From Sphagnum compactum (Eukaryota), in NCBI GenBank assembly GCA_965153455.1, contig OZ234493.1:31734213-31798212 (forward strand): a stretch of 64,000 nt of DNA, in the 5' to 3' direction. This document shows, piece after piece, positions 46,914 to 62,299 of the stretch. The translations under genes were made by a program, and so were the position numbers. Every line of letters begins with the position of its first letter. Position 1 is the stretch's first letter. The notes under the pieces are model-generated. The model was not told the origin of the DNA, made no database searches, and saw only the letters and a program-made list of their open reading frames with translations.

Positions 46914-49900
46914 ATGGCAGGAATCAAGCATGCGAGATCGGGAGGAAGCGGAGGCCAAGTGTCTCCCCTTGCGGCGCAGCTTCAGCAGGCATGGCTTCAC
47001 ACGCAGATGCCCAAGTCGAAGAAGCGCTCTGCTAGCAGCAGCCAGTTGACAAATAGCCTCCCCGTCCTCCAGCAGCAGGACCAGCAGCAGTCTGCTTTAG
47101 AATCGCTCTCTTCCATCTTTCCGGAGCTTGCCGCGACCCTCCCCCAGAAGAAGAAGCCTAGGCTCTTTTCTTTCTTCCAAGAGGGTGAAGCTCTAAAGCC
47201 GAAGGAGAAGGAGGTCCGCTTCAAAGACTATTCTTTGAGGTCATCATGTCCGTCTCTCTTTCCTCATGACACGCTGCAGAGCGTTGCTAATAGAACACAT
47301 AGTGTAACTTCTCCTAGTCCCCTTCCTCATCGACCAACACTCTGCGCTAGCACACCTGCTGTGCACAACTCCGATTCATTGGAGCATTTGGCGGCAAAAC
47401 CTGTTCTGGCCTCTCACGTCTTCTCCGAAAACTGTACACCTCGTTCAAGTCCATCTAACTTGGTAGATCTCGACGGTGTGGAGTTTTTCATGACGGAAGG
47501 CGAGAGTAGTGCATACCAAGCTATGGCGCAGGAGCTGGGGGATCTGATAGCTGGTGATGACGCTTCTCGGTTTGACAGTGAAACCCTTGAAAAGGGCCTA
47601 TGCTCAGACGATTGGCTAAATTACATTCTTGGCGGTCCCGTGGTAGCTGACATCTCAGATGGGCTTAAAGATGGCTCAAGAAGCAGCTTCGCAGATGATG
47701 AAGCTGGTGATCCACTTCTAGACTTGGATCTTGGAAACAGTGGTTTGCGGGCTAGTCAAACAGAGATGCCCCCCCCTGAGGCAGCTGCAGCAGGGGCTCT
47801 GAGCTGGAGCATGTCTCAGTCCAGCTTCAATTCAGAATCTCTTACTGCATTCTCAGAAAATGCCCTTCACCATTCACACATTCCAGATGGAGGTGGTAAC
47901 AGCCGCCATTTCTCAAAACCAACCAAGTTCCTGTGGATTACCAATGGGAATCCTGTACTTCCAGATAATCTGCATCATCTTCTGCTCAGGTAAATTATTG
48001 CTCTGTTCCTCCCCTGTTCCCCCTCCCCCCCCCCCCCCCCCCCCCCCCCCCGGCCCACCAATACTCCCCTTATAGATGAAAATGGAAGTTTGCAATTTCC
48101 TTCACTCATGCAGTTGCAGGTAACTTGTGCAGAAAGAGGCACACTTCTTCTGGAATGATGTTGCCTATTTTTAGCATTTCTTCATTGCTGACCTTCTTAG
48201 AGGCCTTCTTCAGCAAGTAGGAATCAATCCTTCTACAGGAAGGATATTTCACTGGGCCAGTGTCTGGGAAGAAAATCTTTGGTTAAGAAACAATGTGTAC
48301 ACATTTCACATCAATGAGGGTATGTATCAGCTTTAGGGTTCTCCTAAGCATAACTACACTACACTTGTGTTTTGTGTGAAAAGCAAGGATGACTTAATAC
48401 AACAGATCCAGAGACATCTCCACTTATATTGCTGTGGGTTGATCTACAAGGTAGTGGAAGTTATTCAGTAGCAGCAGTTGAAAGTTTACATCCATGTGAA
48501 GAACAACGCACAGTTAGTCAAGACTGGTGTGTTGTTGCTCTCAGAGAATCTGCTTGTTCTTCAGTACATGGCAATGGCCCTGTCATGTAATAGTTCATCC
48601 TACTTGAGCTTTCCCGTTAGCAATCTCCTTGAGAATTGTTGTGTCCATAAACAACAATGCTATACCAGGATGAAGTTGACACTGATTCAAGAACAACAGT
48701 CCCTTCATACGTCTGTATGCAATGTTTTTGAGTATTTGTGGCCTAATTGCTTTGGCAGGCCTGGCATGCATAGTTGTCTGCTTCTAATTTGTAACCTTCA
48801 AGGTCATGAGTTTTCCTTATCTAGTGAGGCTTGTGCCATTTTACTTCAGGTGTGCAGAGGTGATTGAAGAAAATGACATCTCGCAAGCTAACAAGCTAAT
48901 TGCAGAGCTTCGCCAGCACTCATCAGCAATTGGAAATGCAGCACAACGCACGGCCCACTATTTTATGGAAGCTCTGGTCAGTTTACTCACTGGCCCTCCT
49001 CATTTTGTTACTCAAGTAGCTGCTGTTGAGCACAGTATGCAACTTACAATGAACCTTGAAACAAGATACATTCACGTGAAGTGAATGTATGGGTTGAAGA
49101 TAGTTGAAATATTTGTCATAGTGATACTTGGCAAAAATTATGTTTCACATGAGTCCCTGATTGGGTCTTTTGACTTCTCCACAGTTGGCTGTTTCATGAT
49201 TGCAGTATTGATTCTCAATTTTTTTCTTGGGATCACTGCTTGAAGGTCAATATTTGACCTGAAAGCTGAAGGTCAGATTGCTCAGGTGGAGAAAGTTGTT
49301 GAGTTCTGTGATAAGTGGATGCCAGGTTGCTAGAATGACAGGAACAGGTGGAGAGCTGTACACAGCTCTGAACCCCAACCATCCCTCAGCACCTGAAGTA
49401 TTGAAATCCTTTCTCAACTATTTTGATCATTGTCCCCTCCTCAAAATGTCTTACTTCTTCTCCAACATGGCTATTCTGCAAGCCTTTGGTGATGCAAAAC
49501 GAGTCCACGTGGTTGACTATGGTATCCTCTATGGAATGCAATGGCCATCTCTTATTTACCATCTTTCTCAGCTTCCTGGAGGGCCACCTCACCTTCGGAT
49601 AACAGGTATTTTTCAATGGCACTGTCCTCTCCATCCTGGGTTGAATGAAAGCTCAGTTGCAGCAGAGATACCAAAGCTGTGTTTCTTCATTCATAGAAAC
49701 CCTCAGGCAATCTGTGGCTTTCAGGAACTAAGTTCATAACAGGTCTAACAAGGATAAATTGATGTGTAGAAAATGATGTGCCGTTAAAGCTTTGCTTCCT
49801 TCAAGGTTTTGGTGAGGCCATAGCTGTGGAATTTGTGACCTCTGTCCTCTTTTTTGGTTCAGGCATTGATTGGCCAAAACCTGGATTCAGACCCACTGAA

Positions 49901-50945
49901 ACAATTCAGGAAAATGCAGAAAGAATTCAGGAAACTGGTTGCAATCTTGCTCGTGTAGCTCAGCAACTTGGAGTGCCCTTTGACTTCCATGCCATTGCTG
50001 AGAAATGGGAGGCAATCACCCCAGCACACCTTTTCTTGCGCAGCGATGAAGTACTAGCAGTCAACTGTATTAACAGACTTCACCATTTGTTTGATGAACA
50101 TGTAGTGGCAGCAAGCCCTCGAAATCTGTTTCTGAGCAGGATTCAAAGCATGAACCCAAAGGTACTGTTTCATTCTTTGCATGCATTGTTCTGTTATGTC
50201 ATGACAATGCATGACTAATGGGAGGGTTGTTTATTGCCACACCCATGTCAGTAATATGTCTCGTTGGATGATTCCCTCTGAAGCATTTGAATGTGTTCTA
50301 GTGTGGTACATAATCATTTCTATTTGAGTGACTGTACTTCTGTGTTGATTTTAATTCTGTGAGGTCTTTATTTCATGAGAAGGGTCACGTGGATGATGAA
50401 TTTGGATCATTGGTGGTGCATGTGAGACAGTAAATCTGTGCATATCCTGCTTGGCCTCTGGTTTTTTATTTCTTCTCTTTTCTCATTTCTTTCTGCAGAT
50501 ATTTGTGCATGGAGTGGTGAATGCAAACTACAATGCACCCTTCTTTATGTCCCGGTTTCGGGGGGCTATGGATCACTATTCAACATTGTTTGAAATATAT
50601 GATGCTACACTGCCAGCTCAGCATCCTGAGAGGGTTATCATGGAGCAAGAGGTTCAGGGTCGTGCGATCCTCAATATAGTGGCTTGCGAAGGTCTGGAGA
50701 GAGTCGAGCGTGCTGAGCCCTACACTTCATGGCATGCGCGGAGTCTACGAGCAGGGTTCACACAGATACCCATACCTGAAAATACTAAATCCAAAATCAG
50801 GACCCTGATGACGCATTTTCCCAGGGATTTTTCCATTGGTGAAGATAATGGCTGGTTTCTGGCAGGCTGGAAAGGGAAAGTTTGCTATGCATTGTCTGCA
50901 TGCCAGCCTACCTCACGGATGACATCTAGTAAGCAACCCCCATGA
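46914..50945 (+). CDS. GRAS family transcription factor, LISCL/SCL14-like, 5 exons
   Basis: Exons 46914-47989, 48850-48976, 49326-49605, 49863-50161, 50499-50945, all GT-AG with consistent phases. Motifs: LHHLLLRCAEVI (LHRI), GNAAQRTAHYFMEAL, VHVVDYGILYGMQWP (VHIID), LRITGIDWPKPGFRP, NYNAPFF (PFYRE), NIVACEGLERVERAE, GWKG..YALSAC (SAW). Confidence 0.93.
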
Positions 50946-52226
50946 ATGCCAAGCTCCTGTGTGTATCAATAAGCATAGAATAACTTCTAATGAGATTCTT
51001 TACTTTCATGGTTGAGAATATGAGATGTTCAAGAAAATATTATAGTTCATCCTTCAACTAGTTTAATTGCCCTTCCAAAATGGAATGCCATATGGGTTGA
51101 ATTACCATATGTGTGGGTCCATCCCTTTTTGTAAAATGAATGAATTGACAAAATCAATATCTACCCATAAAACAAAGATGAATGTCATCTCTTTCAATAC
51201 CTTTTTAAATAATAACATGAAAAAGCACAATATTAACATGTGCCTTTTCATGTCCATGTAAATGGTTAGGGGAAAAGAATGAGGTAATTTTTAGGAAAAT
51301 GCATTCAAAGCTTATGATGTTATTGTTCAAAATTGGAACCACAATGTAAGAGAATTTAATTTTAAAAAATTATTTCATTTAGTCTTTCTTAGGCAATTGT
51401 GGTGTCAATTTCAAATATCAAAGTTTTAAGCAAATAACTTATAAAATTGGTGCATCAATATAAACGAAATTTGAAGAGTAACATCAATCACTTACAACAT
51501 TAAAAAATGCATACAAATTATTATTTTTGAATTATATATTAGAATTAAATCCATATATAAGATAATTGTGTTTAATTGTTCACACAAGTCTTTCATTTCT
51601 TGAGGATAAAAATGACATTTGAAAAAAATCATTATGGGATGAACATTAAATTAAAATGAAAAAAAATAAAAGTGATGATAAGAATACATACAAATATCAC
51701 GTTTGACAAAGTATATATTGCAAATGATTAATGTATGATTTTAATTGCTCACAAAAATCTTCCAACATGATTTCAAAATAGATTTTGACACATTAAATTG
51801 AAATGCAAATGGAATTTTCTTCTCAAATTCTTCATTTGCAACATTGAGATATGATATAAAACACCCTATGCCACGAAGGTTATTGTTCAATTTTGGAACA
51901 CAATACAAGAAGATTTAAACAAAATTTTAAATTATTTCAAGCCGTATGCAATTGCTGAGCCATTTTCAAATGTAAAAGGTGAAGCTTTTGAATTTGTGTA
52001 ATATAAAATTGGGCAATTCATCAATAATTTAATAATTTGACACATATTTTGAAAATGAAATTTGGAGGGCAACATCAATCACTTACAATATTAAAAATGC
52101 AACTTGATCATATATTCAAATGCTCACAAACAAACATTTCCATGTATATAAATGGTTTCAAGGCCCTGAGTCCAGTTTCACTGCACATATGCAAGTTTAA
52201 TGTTTCTGGTTTCTGTCGGCTTTACC

Positions 52227-53803
<1,577 letters not shown>

Positions 53804-54126
53804 GACGACGGCACAAAACGAGGAGCGAGCTCGCGTTCGAGCTCTGCAACACACCGTATAGAAGAGGTCTCTAAACCCTAGCTACAATCCTTAACAAGGA
53901 GCTTCTCTCCCACTCAGCGCCGTCCGATCTGACCTGTGACGGTGATCTCGCCAGTCGAAATTGCAAGATGTTACTTGGACGGCTCGGATTCTTTTTAGGG
54001 TTTGGCGCTCACCACATTAAGGAGGCTCTTTCTCTTGGACAACTACTCTTTCTTTGTTGGCGCGTGCTTTTTGCATTGTTGACTTCCGTACTTCGACGTT
54101 TGCGAGGAGCGACGCTTTCCAAAGCT
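53804..54126. promoter_or_regulatory. Bidirectional promoter/5' region shared by RPL10 and RPL18, with two telo-boxes
   Basis: 323 bp separate the divergent ATGs. AAACCCTA lies at 53873-53880 and TAGGGTTT at 53996-54003; another TAGGGTTT is at 54451 in RPL18 intron 1. Confidence 0.75.
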
Positions 54127-55845
54127 ATGGTAAGTTTCATGTCTGTTTTTCTGAACCGCTTCTATCTGCTGTGTACGGGGTTATGCCTTTATTTCTCTTT
54201 TTGATGGATTTGGGCTCTCGCTCCTCCTCCTTCAAGTAGATGTTGTCTCGGTGAGTTCTGGAGAGCACTAGTGCATTTTTTCTTTTGCAGTGTGTGAGCT
54301 TCAGACAATGGCAACGATGATTTCTACATGTGTTTTGAACTTTCCTTCATCGCGTTCGTGTTTCAAATAGGGTTAGTCTTGAACTGTGGCAGTGATCTCT
54401 GTGTTAATTCCTTATTTCCATTATCCGTGAACTTTCTTCTTCATGGCTTTTAGGGTTTGGTATCTCTATTTGGAATCCTGACTGATTTTCTAGTCCAGGC
54501 TTAGATTCCAACTACTGTATGAATTTTGTTTTTTCGTTGACTGCTCTGCGCTTGCATGGTTTTTGGATGGCTAGGGTATCGATTTGAAAGCAGGCGGTCG
54601 CAACAAGAAGACCAAACGCACTGCACCAAAGAGTGAGAATGTGTACCTAAAGCTTCTTGTGAAGGTACGAACTAAAATCCTTTTAAGACACTCTCTGATC
54701 ATCATCTCATTTGATGTCCTCCTGTACATGCTGTGAATCATTGTTGTGAAGGGCAGAATGTTCACCTGCAGTGCATTGAAATTCTTTGAGCTGTCTCCAT
54801 TTTTGGCCAACTGTAGTCTTTTGGGGGCCTCACTACAGGTGTGCTTTTCCTGATTTTTGGTTTTGAGGTGAGGTGTATGGAGAGACAGCCTTAGTTCTCT
54901 GGTTGTTAGTTTTTCTATCCTTATATTGATTATAAAGCATGGGAGGATTGCAGCTGTACCGTTTCTTGGTTAGGAGAACTGGAAGCTCGTTCAATGCTGT
55001 TGTGTTGAAGCGCCTGTTTATGAGCAGGACTAACCGACCCCCCCTTTCTCTGTCCCGCCTAGTCAGATACATGGCTGGAAAGGTCAGCTCATCCTCTCTA
55101 CTCTTCTTTCCATTAGTTAATAGTGTATCTTGTGCAGAGTGCAATTACACAAAGGTGTGTTCTATCTTTAGGTGTCAAGTAGGTTGTCAACTGAGAGATG
55201 ATCATAGAAGTAATGGAGAATGGTGCTGCTGGAGATATGTAACTGTGGAATCACTTTTCTGAAGATTGTTTACATTCAATACTTTTGAAGATATTTGAAG
55301 ATGGCTAAGTTTGTTTTGCAGGAAGATAAGATTGCTGTGATTGTTGGGACTGTGACCGATGACACAAGGTTGTATGAGGTGCCAGCTCTCAAGGTGGCAG
55401 CTCTTCGCTTCACTGAGACTGCACGAGCCCGCATTCTAAAGGCTGGTGGGGAAGTGCTCACTTTTGATCAGCTTGCTCTCCGTGCACCTACTGGATCAAA
55501 CACTGTAAGTACACATCAGAGATTCCACCCCACCTTCTGGTCCAATCTATCTCTGTTCACATTTACTGAGAATTGACATTGATCTTATTCCCCAGTCAAA
55601 AACCAGTCCATTCAAAGGCAAAGGCATAGCTTAAGAATGGGTCTAGGTTTGTTGCTTAATACAGAATGGTCTTAACAATGATGCAGATTTTGTTGCGGGG
55701 GCCCAAGAATGCTCGGGAGGCAGTGAAGCACTTTGGAAGGGCACCAGGTGTGCCACACAGTAATACTAAGCCTTACACACGCTCAAAGGGTCGAAAGTTT
55801 GAGAAGGCCCGAGGTCGCCGTAACAGCCGAGGCTTCAAAGTTTAG
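54127..55845 (+). CDS. RPL18: 60S ribosomal protein L18 (eL18), 5 exons
   Basis: Exons 54127-54129 (ATG|gtaag), 54575-54664, 54954-55082, 55322-55504, 55687-55845. Protein: [40 protein letters not shown]...VGTVTDD...[10 protein letters not shown]...[18 protein letters not shown]. Confidence 0.97.
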
Positions 55846-56480
55846 CTTTGTTCCTCATCAGATTTTGATCTGGCATTTGATAATGCCTTTGTGGGCTGGA
55901 GTGCATGTTTGGCAAGCAGTAGAGTTCACTATCATTCTCCTGTTTTCTCTCTGATATGTTTGTCATTCTGTGCGATTGCAATTGATATGCACACAAGCCT
56001 TATTGAGCAACCTTTCATTGGTTTGTGAGTACAGCTTCTCTCTTTAATTCTGTTCTTGGTCTTCTGCATTGATGGCAGGCTACTACAAGCTTGATAGATA
56101 TGTTGCACTCAATCACATTTGTCCTTTGTCAAATTCATTGGTCACATACAAGTTACCACAGAAATGATACTGAAATTGATCTTTTGCGCTCTCTATTCAA
56201 ACTGCTGCATCATATATAATCCTGTAAGATACTTTTATCTTTATGCAAGGTGTTCTCTGCATGGCTGTCCCATATGGTTTGTCTGTCTGCCTTTCTGTCC
56301 ATCACATCCTCTGACCACACGACAATGCATAAAACCCACCATATATTTTGTCCTAATTCTGGGTCAACTCAAGTACTGTGCTTTTCACAATCGTAATGAT
56401 TGTTGATTTTGTCTTAAATTGCAGTCACATCACTTGAAACTCACTGATTCATGCTGTCTTGTATGCAATTATTGTTCTAG

Positions 56481-56609
56481 TGGCGCAGTTTAACTCCTAA
56501 AATTCTTCACATCAAGAACCCTGCAAGAACATGCATGTCTCTTCCAATGGCACAATTTTACTCCTAAAATTCTTCACATCAAGAACCCTGCAAGAACATG
56601 CATGTCTCT
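56481..56609. repeat. Tandem duplication of a ~67-bp unit
   Basis: 'actcctaaaattcttcacatcaagaaccctgcaagaacatgcatgtctct' occurs twice. Confidence 0.9.
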
Positions 56610-57344
56610 CCCTTCAGGTGATGAACATGCACACATTTGCAGTAGGAAAATGAGAAAGAAGAGAACAACTTGTTTGGGCAGGGGGCAGGGGCAACAAGAA
56701 AAGCACAGCAGCAAATACTGCTGTTATAATCAAAGAGTGAACTAGATTTAATTCATCACTAGTGATGCACCTACATGTCTAAAGAATACACCATTGTCAT
56801 TCCTCATGAACAAATATGGAGTAGCCTACCTTCTCCCCCTTGTCACAAGTGACAGCCACCCTAATCTGCAGTCTCCAACCCAAGTCCAATCATTGTGAGA
56901 ACCTGTGAGACCAGCAATAATGTGGAAGATAGAACCTGAACATAGACAATATTCCAAGTCTGCCTTCTGTAATCAAATCAATCTAAACTTGAAAGCCCAA
57001 CCTAAAGGTTGCAAAATTTGACTCAAGGTGTATAAAGCCAGAAATCTCAACCTCAACCACTGCCAGAATATGGTTCCAAACATTGTGTGAATCAAGGTTT
57101 GAGCAAAATTAAGCAGTATCAATGCAAAATTTGACAAGGACACTCTCAAATCATTGGCTGAAGAGAATAACCCTGCATAGCCTCTTCAAATACTAAGTAC
57201 ACCAAATCTATGTCAATCATAGACCCTTTTCTTGGATCTCTGGAAGGCCTCATGTCAGTAAAACAGAAAATTTGACCTACAGTGAGCTAAGTGTGCAAAT
57301 GCTAGGAAGAGCTGAGGAATGATGATCAAGACACAAGGGGAATA

Positions 57345-60017
57345 CTAGAAACCAAAGAGGCCAAGCTCACTGGCCCGTTCTTTATCAAAGGTCTCAAAGT
57401 ATTGGTAGATGATGGTGACAGCCAACAGAATTCCCGTTCCTGAACCAATTGCACCCATGAAATCAGCCACAACTGTAAGAGCTCCAATGCACATTCCCCC
57501 AAAGGCAGCAGCAGTTGGAATATATCGATTCAACTCCTTCTGCAAGTTGGACTCCCGATGCCCTGGCATGACCATTTGTTGCTCCTGGTGTGCACAAACA
57601 ACAGATGGCAAATGAAAAGTAGAATAAAAGGTCCATGTACAACAACTGGAGAAGCACCAAACCAGCAAACAGGAGCATAATCATGTCAGTTTGCTGAGTT
57701 CCTATGTGTCACTTTTATGACATAGTTGCCAACTTATTCACATCAAAACAACTTTTTAGGGTTCAATACCTTGAGCTGCCGGGCAACATCACGTGCTGAT
57801 GATCCAGAGATTTCAATCCATGTCTTGGAGAAGAGTGCACAGGCTGTGAGCATGAATGTCAAATAGAAGAGGGCATGGAAGGGGTTGGCAGCAATGTCTC
57901 CAAAACTGAACAGTCGATCACACACAAAGAATCAGTGTATACACGTTCTTTCTGTATACTTATCAAGGTTGAAGATTTGGACCCACAAAGTGACATGCTG
58001 TAAGGACATATGTTTGCTTTGCAATCCGGTAAAAGAGTTCTCAACAGCTGAAAGATATTGCTACATTGATTTCTATCTGTACATACAAATGGATCAAACA
58101 AGGGGGATATCTAATGTAAGGGATAGATATGTAGAAACTTAGCAGCATTGACAGAATTCCAAACGTTGAGACAATAAGGTACTTGAACTTCAGAGCTGAG
58201 TATTACCTGGCAGGAGGTGTAATATAGTACACAAGGCCACCAACAGGAATGAGCTGACCACTCTGTGAATACTCTGACTCCTTCCACTTGCCAAGAAGGT
58301 TCACAAGGAAGTTGGTACTGAACCTCTTGTACAACAACTGCAACCACCATAACATATGCGCAATAACAGATGTAAGCCAAAAGGAGCTCCAAAGAGCAAT
58401 TACTCAATAGAGACCAGCACAATAAGATCCTCTTTTCAACTTCATTGGGGTTCACTCCTTGTGACAGACGAGCTGATTCCAAAAAAAATGCTGCTGTGAA
58501 ATCTTTCTGACAACCGCAGTCAGTAGTCAGGCATGTATCTGTTGATTAACATTCCAAGTAGATCAGGATAGTTGCTCATCCTCTCCAGGTGGATATACAA
58601 GCCTTCTCTCAAAACCCTCCAGGATATTCCCCGTATCAAAGCATTAGACTGCTCTTCAAGTGAGTGAATTTCAATGTCCTAGTCTGCCCAGCCAGCCTCT
58701 GATGGCAGTAACCCCTTACCACATGTCTCTATTGCAAAATAGAAAGTCAATGATTAAGAACCTGTGAGATGAAGTAGAGTTGGGAGACAAGAGCACTCTG
58801 AAGAATAATAGGCATGTTGGAAGTATAGAACAGCTTGATTGGGTATGATCCCTGCTGCCCACGAGCGCTCTTTGATCGAACAGGAAGAACAACTCGGAAT
58901 CCTTGAAAGTAGATGACAATTAAAAACACCAGCACAGTTGCCAAAAGGTTGGTCACATTTGGCAGGTTTTGTCGGTAGAATGCCTCTTTCAAAGCCCGAA
59001 CCTTGTCCGTCCTTGTGATCAGAAGATGGAAAAGTGCAATGACAGCACCCTCAAATTCTGCTCCACGCCCACTGTTGATGGTTGTAGGGCTGAAAGCCTT
59101 CCAGATGATGTTCTCACTGTCAACAAAACATTTCCAACGAGTAGCTGTTATCCAGATTCAAACCTTAAAAATCTGCTCCTCCAAATCGTGATAGAAGAGA
59201 CTCTGTATAAAAGATAGAGGCACTTTGAGACCTACCATATATTGGTGGCAATGAAGAGTGAAATGCCAGAGCCAAGGCCATAACCCTTCTGCAATAATTC
59301 ATCCAAACAAATGACTATGATTCCAGCAAAGAAGAGCTGCACGATTATGAGAATGGCATTGCCAGCTCCCAAATCCCGCACATCTCCATACATGCCCGAC
59401 AAAACATATGCCACTGCCTCCCCAATTGTAATCAGTACACCCAGCAACTTCTGGGCACCATTCCTGCCAACAACCCATGACCAGTCACAGTCAGAACAGG
59501 ACAAAGCGAACATGTCTACCGATGAAGACCCATCATGCAGGACAAATGTATATAGGAATGTGCTAATTGCAATTATCACTTGTGGTTGCAGCAAAAAATG
59601 GGGCAGTGCAGCTATCTTCAGGCAGTGAGGAATACTTGAGAAATCCACAATTGGGTATGAAACAGATTCTCACAAAAGGGCGCGGTCCTCCCTGACACTG
59701 TTGTCCACCTCTATGAGCTTGGAACCAGCAAGTAGCTGCATGACAAGCCCTGATGTCACGATGGGAGTGATTCCAAGCTCCATGACTGTGCCTCGATTGG
59801 ATGCCAGAATGACTCGCATCCAGTAGAAAGGATCCGATCCAGTGGCAGAGTGAATACCATAGAGCGGCAGCTGACTGCAAACTAAGAAGATAAAGAGGGA
59901 AACAACAGTGTACATCACTTTCTCTCTGAACGGGACCTTCCTGTCTGCCGTTTGCACTTCCGGCAAAAATGACAGAAAAGGCCTCACGAGGTGTAAGGCC
60001 CTGAAACCTCCTCCCAT
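57345..60017 (-). CDS. SEC61A: Protein transport protein SEC61 subunit alpha, 6 coding exons
   Basis: Exons 60017-59674, 59463-59236, 59116-58762, 58337-58207, 57905-57770, 57584-57345. Protein: [15 protein letters not shown]...[23 protein letters not shown]...[16 protein letters not shown]...[16 protein letters not shown]...[18 protein letters not shown]. Probable 5'UTR introns have donors near 60556 and 60265 and an acceptor near 60077. Confidence 0.97.
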
Positions 60018-61254
60018 CTTGTAGTCTTTTTTTAGTCTTCACGAATCCTCTCTCTCTAGTTTGGCCCTAACGAAACCTACAGGCACAAAACAAAAGAACA
60101 GATCGTCGGTGATACGCCCAGGGCTTCCGTGCTTGAGGAGGATCAACTATTTTGCGCTTGGGTTCTACAACTATTCTCCTTATCATTCCAAAAGCTTCCG
60201 GCAGGAACTTTGTCCTCTCGACAGACTGCACAACAACAACAACAAAGCACAACAAAGAAGGTTACCAGTTGCTGCATCCTGAAACGGTCTTGAAGTTTCT
60301 TCTTGTCTTTGCCTTTTTTCCTCTTCCTTCTGTTTGTCTGTCTCTCGTTCTCAAATAACAGATCCGAGCTGAGTCCTTCAACGCGAACATACAATTGGAA
60401 AACAAAAACCTTCCCCAAAGAGGCCAAAAAAAGGTCCCAAAAGCAACGATCAAGACATCAAAAGTTGCCTAATTACTGCCATATCCGTTTTCTCATCTTC
60501 CTGACATTTCAACAACAGAAATTTTTTTGCAAGAGAAGCAGCAAAAGGAGATCGTACCTGGAGACAGACAACAACACACGCGTCTACAAATTTTCTTCCG
60601 CGACCAACATCTCCTCTCCTTTCCTCTTCTTCTTCTTCTTCTTCAGCTCCTTCCTTCTTCCTTCTCGCACCAAGTTCCCAATCTGTTCGCTGAGTTCACA
60701 TCAAGTTCCCCCAAGCTCTCATTTCTGTTCCCAAGTTTCCACCAACTAGTCACGATCCCATGCTTCTTAGGAGCAGTGTTGGTCACAGGTACAAATAAAA
60801 TAATAATTGTGACCAAATGAAAATTGTTTATTAGTGAGGGTTCTAGGTTCTACTACATTACTTGTGCATTTTGTTTTGTTATTTTTTTCTTTTTCTTTTT
60901 GTACAAAACTTAATTATGTAACCCAATAAATATGATGGCGCACATAAATTTTACTTACATCAATGATATTAGTCCTTTTCACTTGGGTAACTACCAATGT
61001 TGGGCGGATATTAGATTTTTTTCAATATCCATTAGTTTCAGTTATTTGATTTATCAATATTTGTTGATTTCAATTTTTTAAAATTTCATTTAACCTAACT
61101 TGTAAGAATATCAAAAAATTTAAAAACAACTAATGTCGAATTTCAATATTAGAGATGTCATATAACATAATATTTGTCAAATATCCAAGATTGTCAAATA
61201 ATAAAAAATATAACAATTTGAATCTAATAATCCATTAGGATAAAATTGTAAGTC

Positions 61255-61500
61255 CAAAATTTCCATCACTTTCAAATTCCCCTTCATATTTTTCTAAGTC
61301 TTCCTTTAGGGTAGCATCGGATTCAATCAACTTTGTCAAACTAGTAAATGAATTACAACCCACCCTAAAATCATTAAACCAATTTTTATTAACAAGTATT
61401 AACTTATTCAAATTATTTGATTATAAGTAACATTTCCTCAAATTTGTAAGTATTCCAATGAAAATATATATTCCAACAAATTCTTTTTATTCAAAACAAG
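61255..61500 (-). mobile_element. hAT transposase C-terminal (dimerisation domain) remnant
   Basis: Minus-strand translation with stops: 'GILTNLRKCYL*SNNLNKLILVNKNWFNDFRVGC...LKEDLEKYEGEFE'. This resembles the hAT ER.FS.AG......R.RL...NL..LIF.N.N end plus an acidic tail. Confidence 0.55.
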
Positions 61501-62299
61501 TTGAAAACATGCTGCATGAAGAAATTGAGAAAATTACATTACAATACAATATCAAGCAACAAGAACAAAAACTTGAACAGTTAAATAGAATGTTTATTAT
61601 ATAACACGAGTATTAAACAATGTATAATTAAAATAACAAAAAAAATTGAATTCAATGAAAACTATATGGGAAAAAATGAAATAGATGACATGAATATGAT
61701 AACAATGGAACCTCATAATAACAAAAAAAATTTGGAGATGTATATTAAATAATTTACAAAATCAAATACCTAATATGTCGACACCAAGTACTATGCATTT
61801 ATATTTAAACAAAAACCACACACATTTAGATCACAATCCACAACAACCTAAACTATGACATGTACCCACAATTGAAATAAATTAATTAAATCATTCATGT
61901 ACATTTAATGATTGGTAAATTCATGTTAAAGAATCTTCAACATAATATATTCAATGAAATATACTTATACTAGGTTAGGATATAAACATTATTATATTTT
62001 TGAAGCTCCCATTAAAACTGTTTTATTTTCTCTTTGTTAGAACATATTTGAAACATATTTGAAACAAAATATCAAATTGTAAAAAATAAATTTCACAACT
62101 ACTTGCATTTAGAAAAACCTATTTAAACCTATTTTTATATTTCAAAATTTCAAAATTAATGCACAATAATGAAGAATTATCTTGTTTTTTATCATTCAAG
62201 TAAAACTTTTGACATATAGCAATTGTATATAGTTTTGTTGCTACTTTTAAACTACATTGCAAGTAGACTTAACCAAGGTATTTCCTTAGTCCATTTTAT

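Noticed and set aside
48025-48051. Poly-C run and the resulting poly-Pro/poly-Gly ORFs
   Set aside because: It is an intronic homopolymer in GRAS intron 1, its length is unreliable, and there is no coding evidence.
60061-60820. Several short ORFs upstream of SEC61A
   Set aside because: They overlap the SEC61A 5'UTR exons and introns and (CTT)n repeats, with no protein-like signal.
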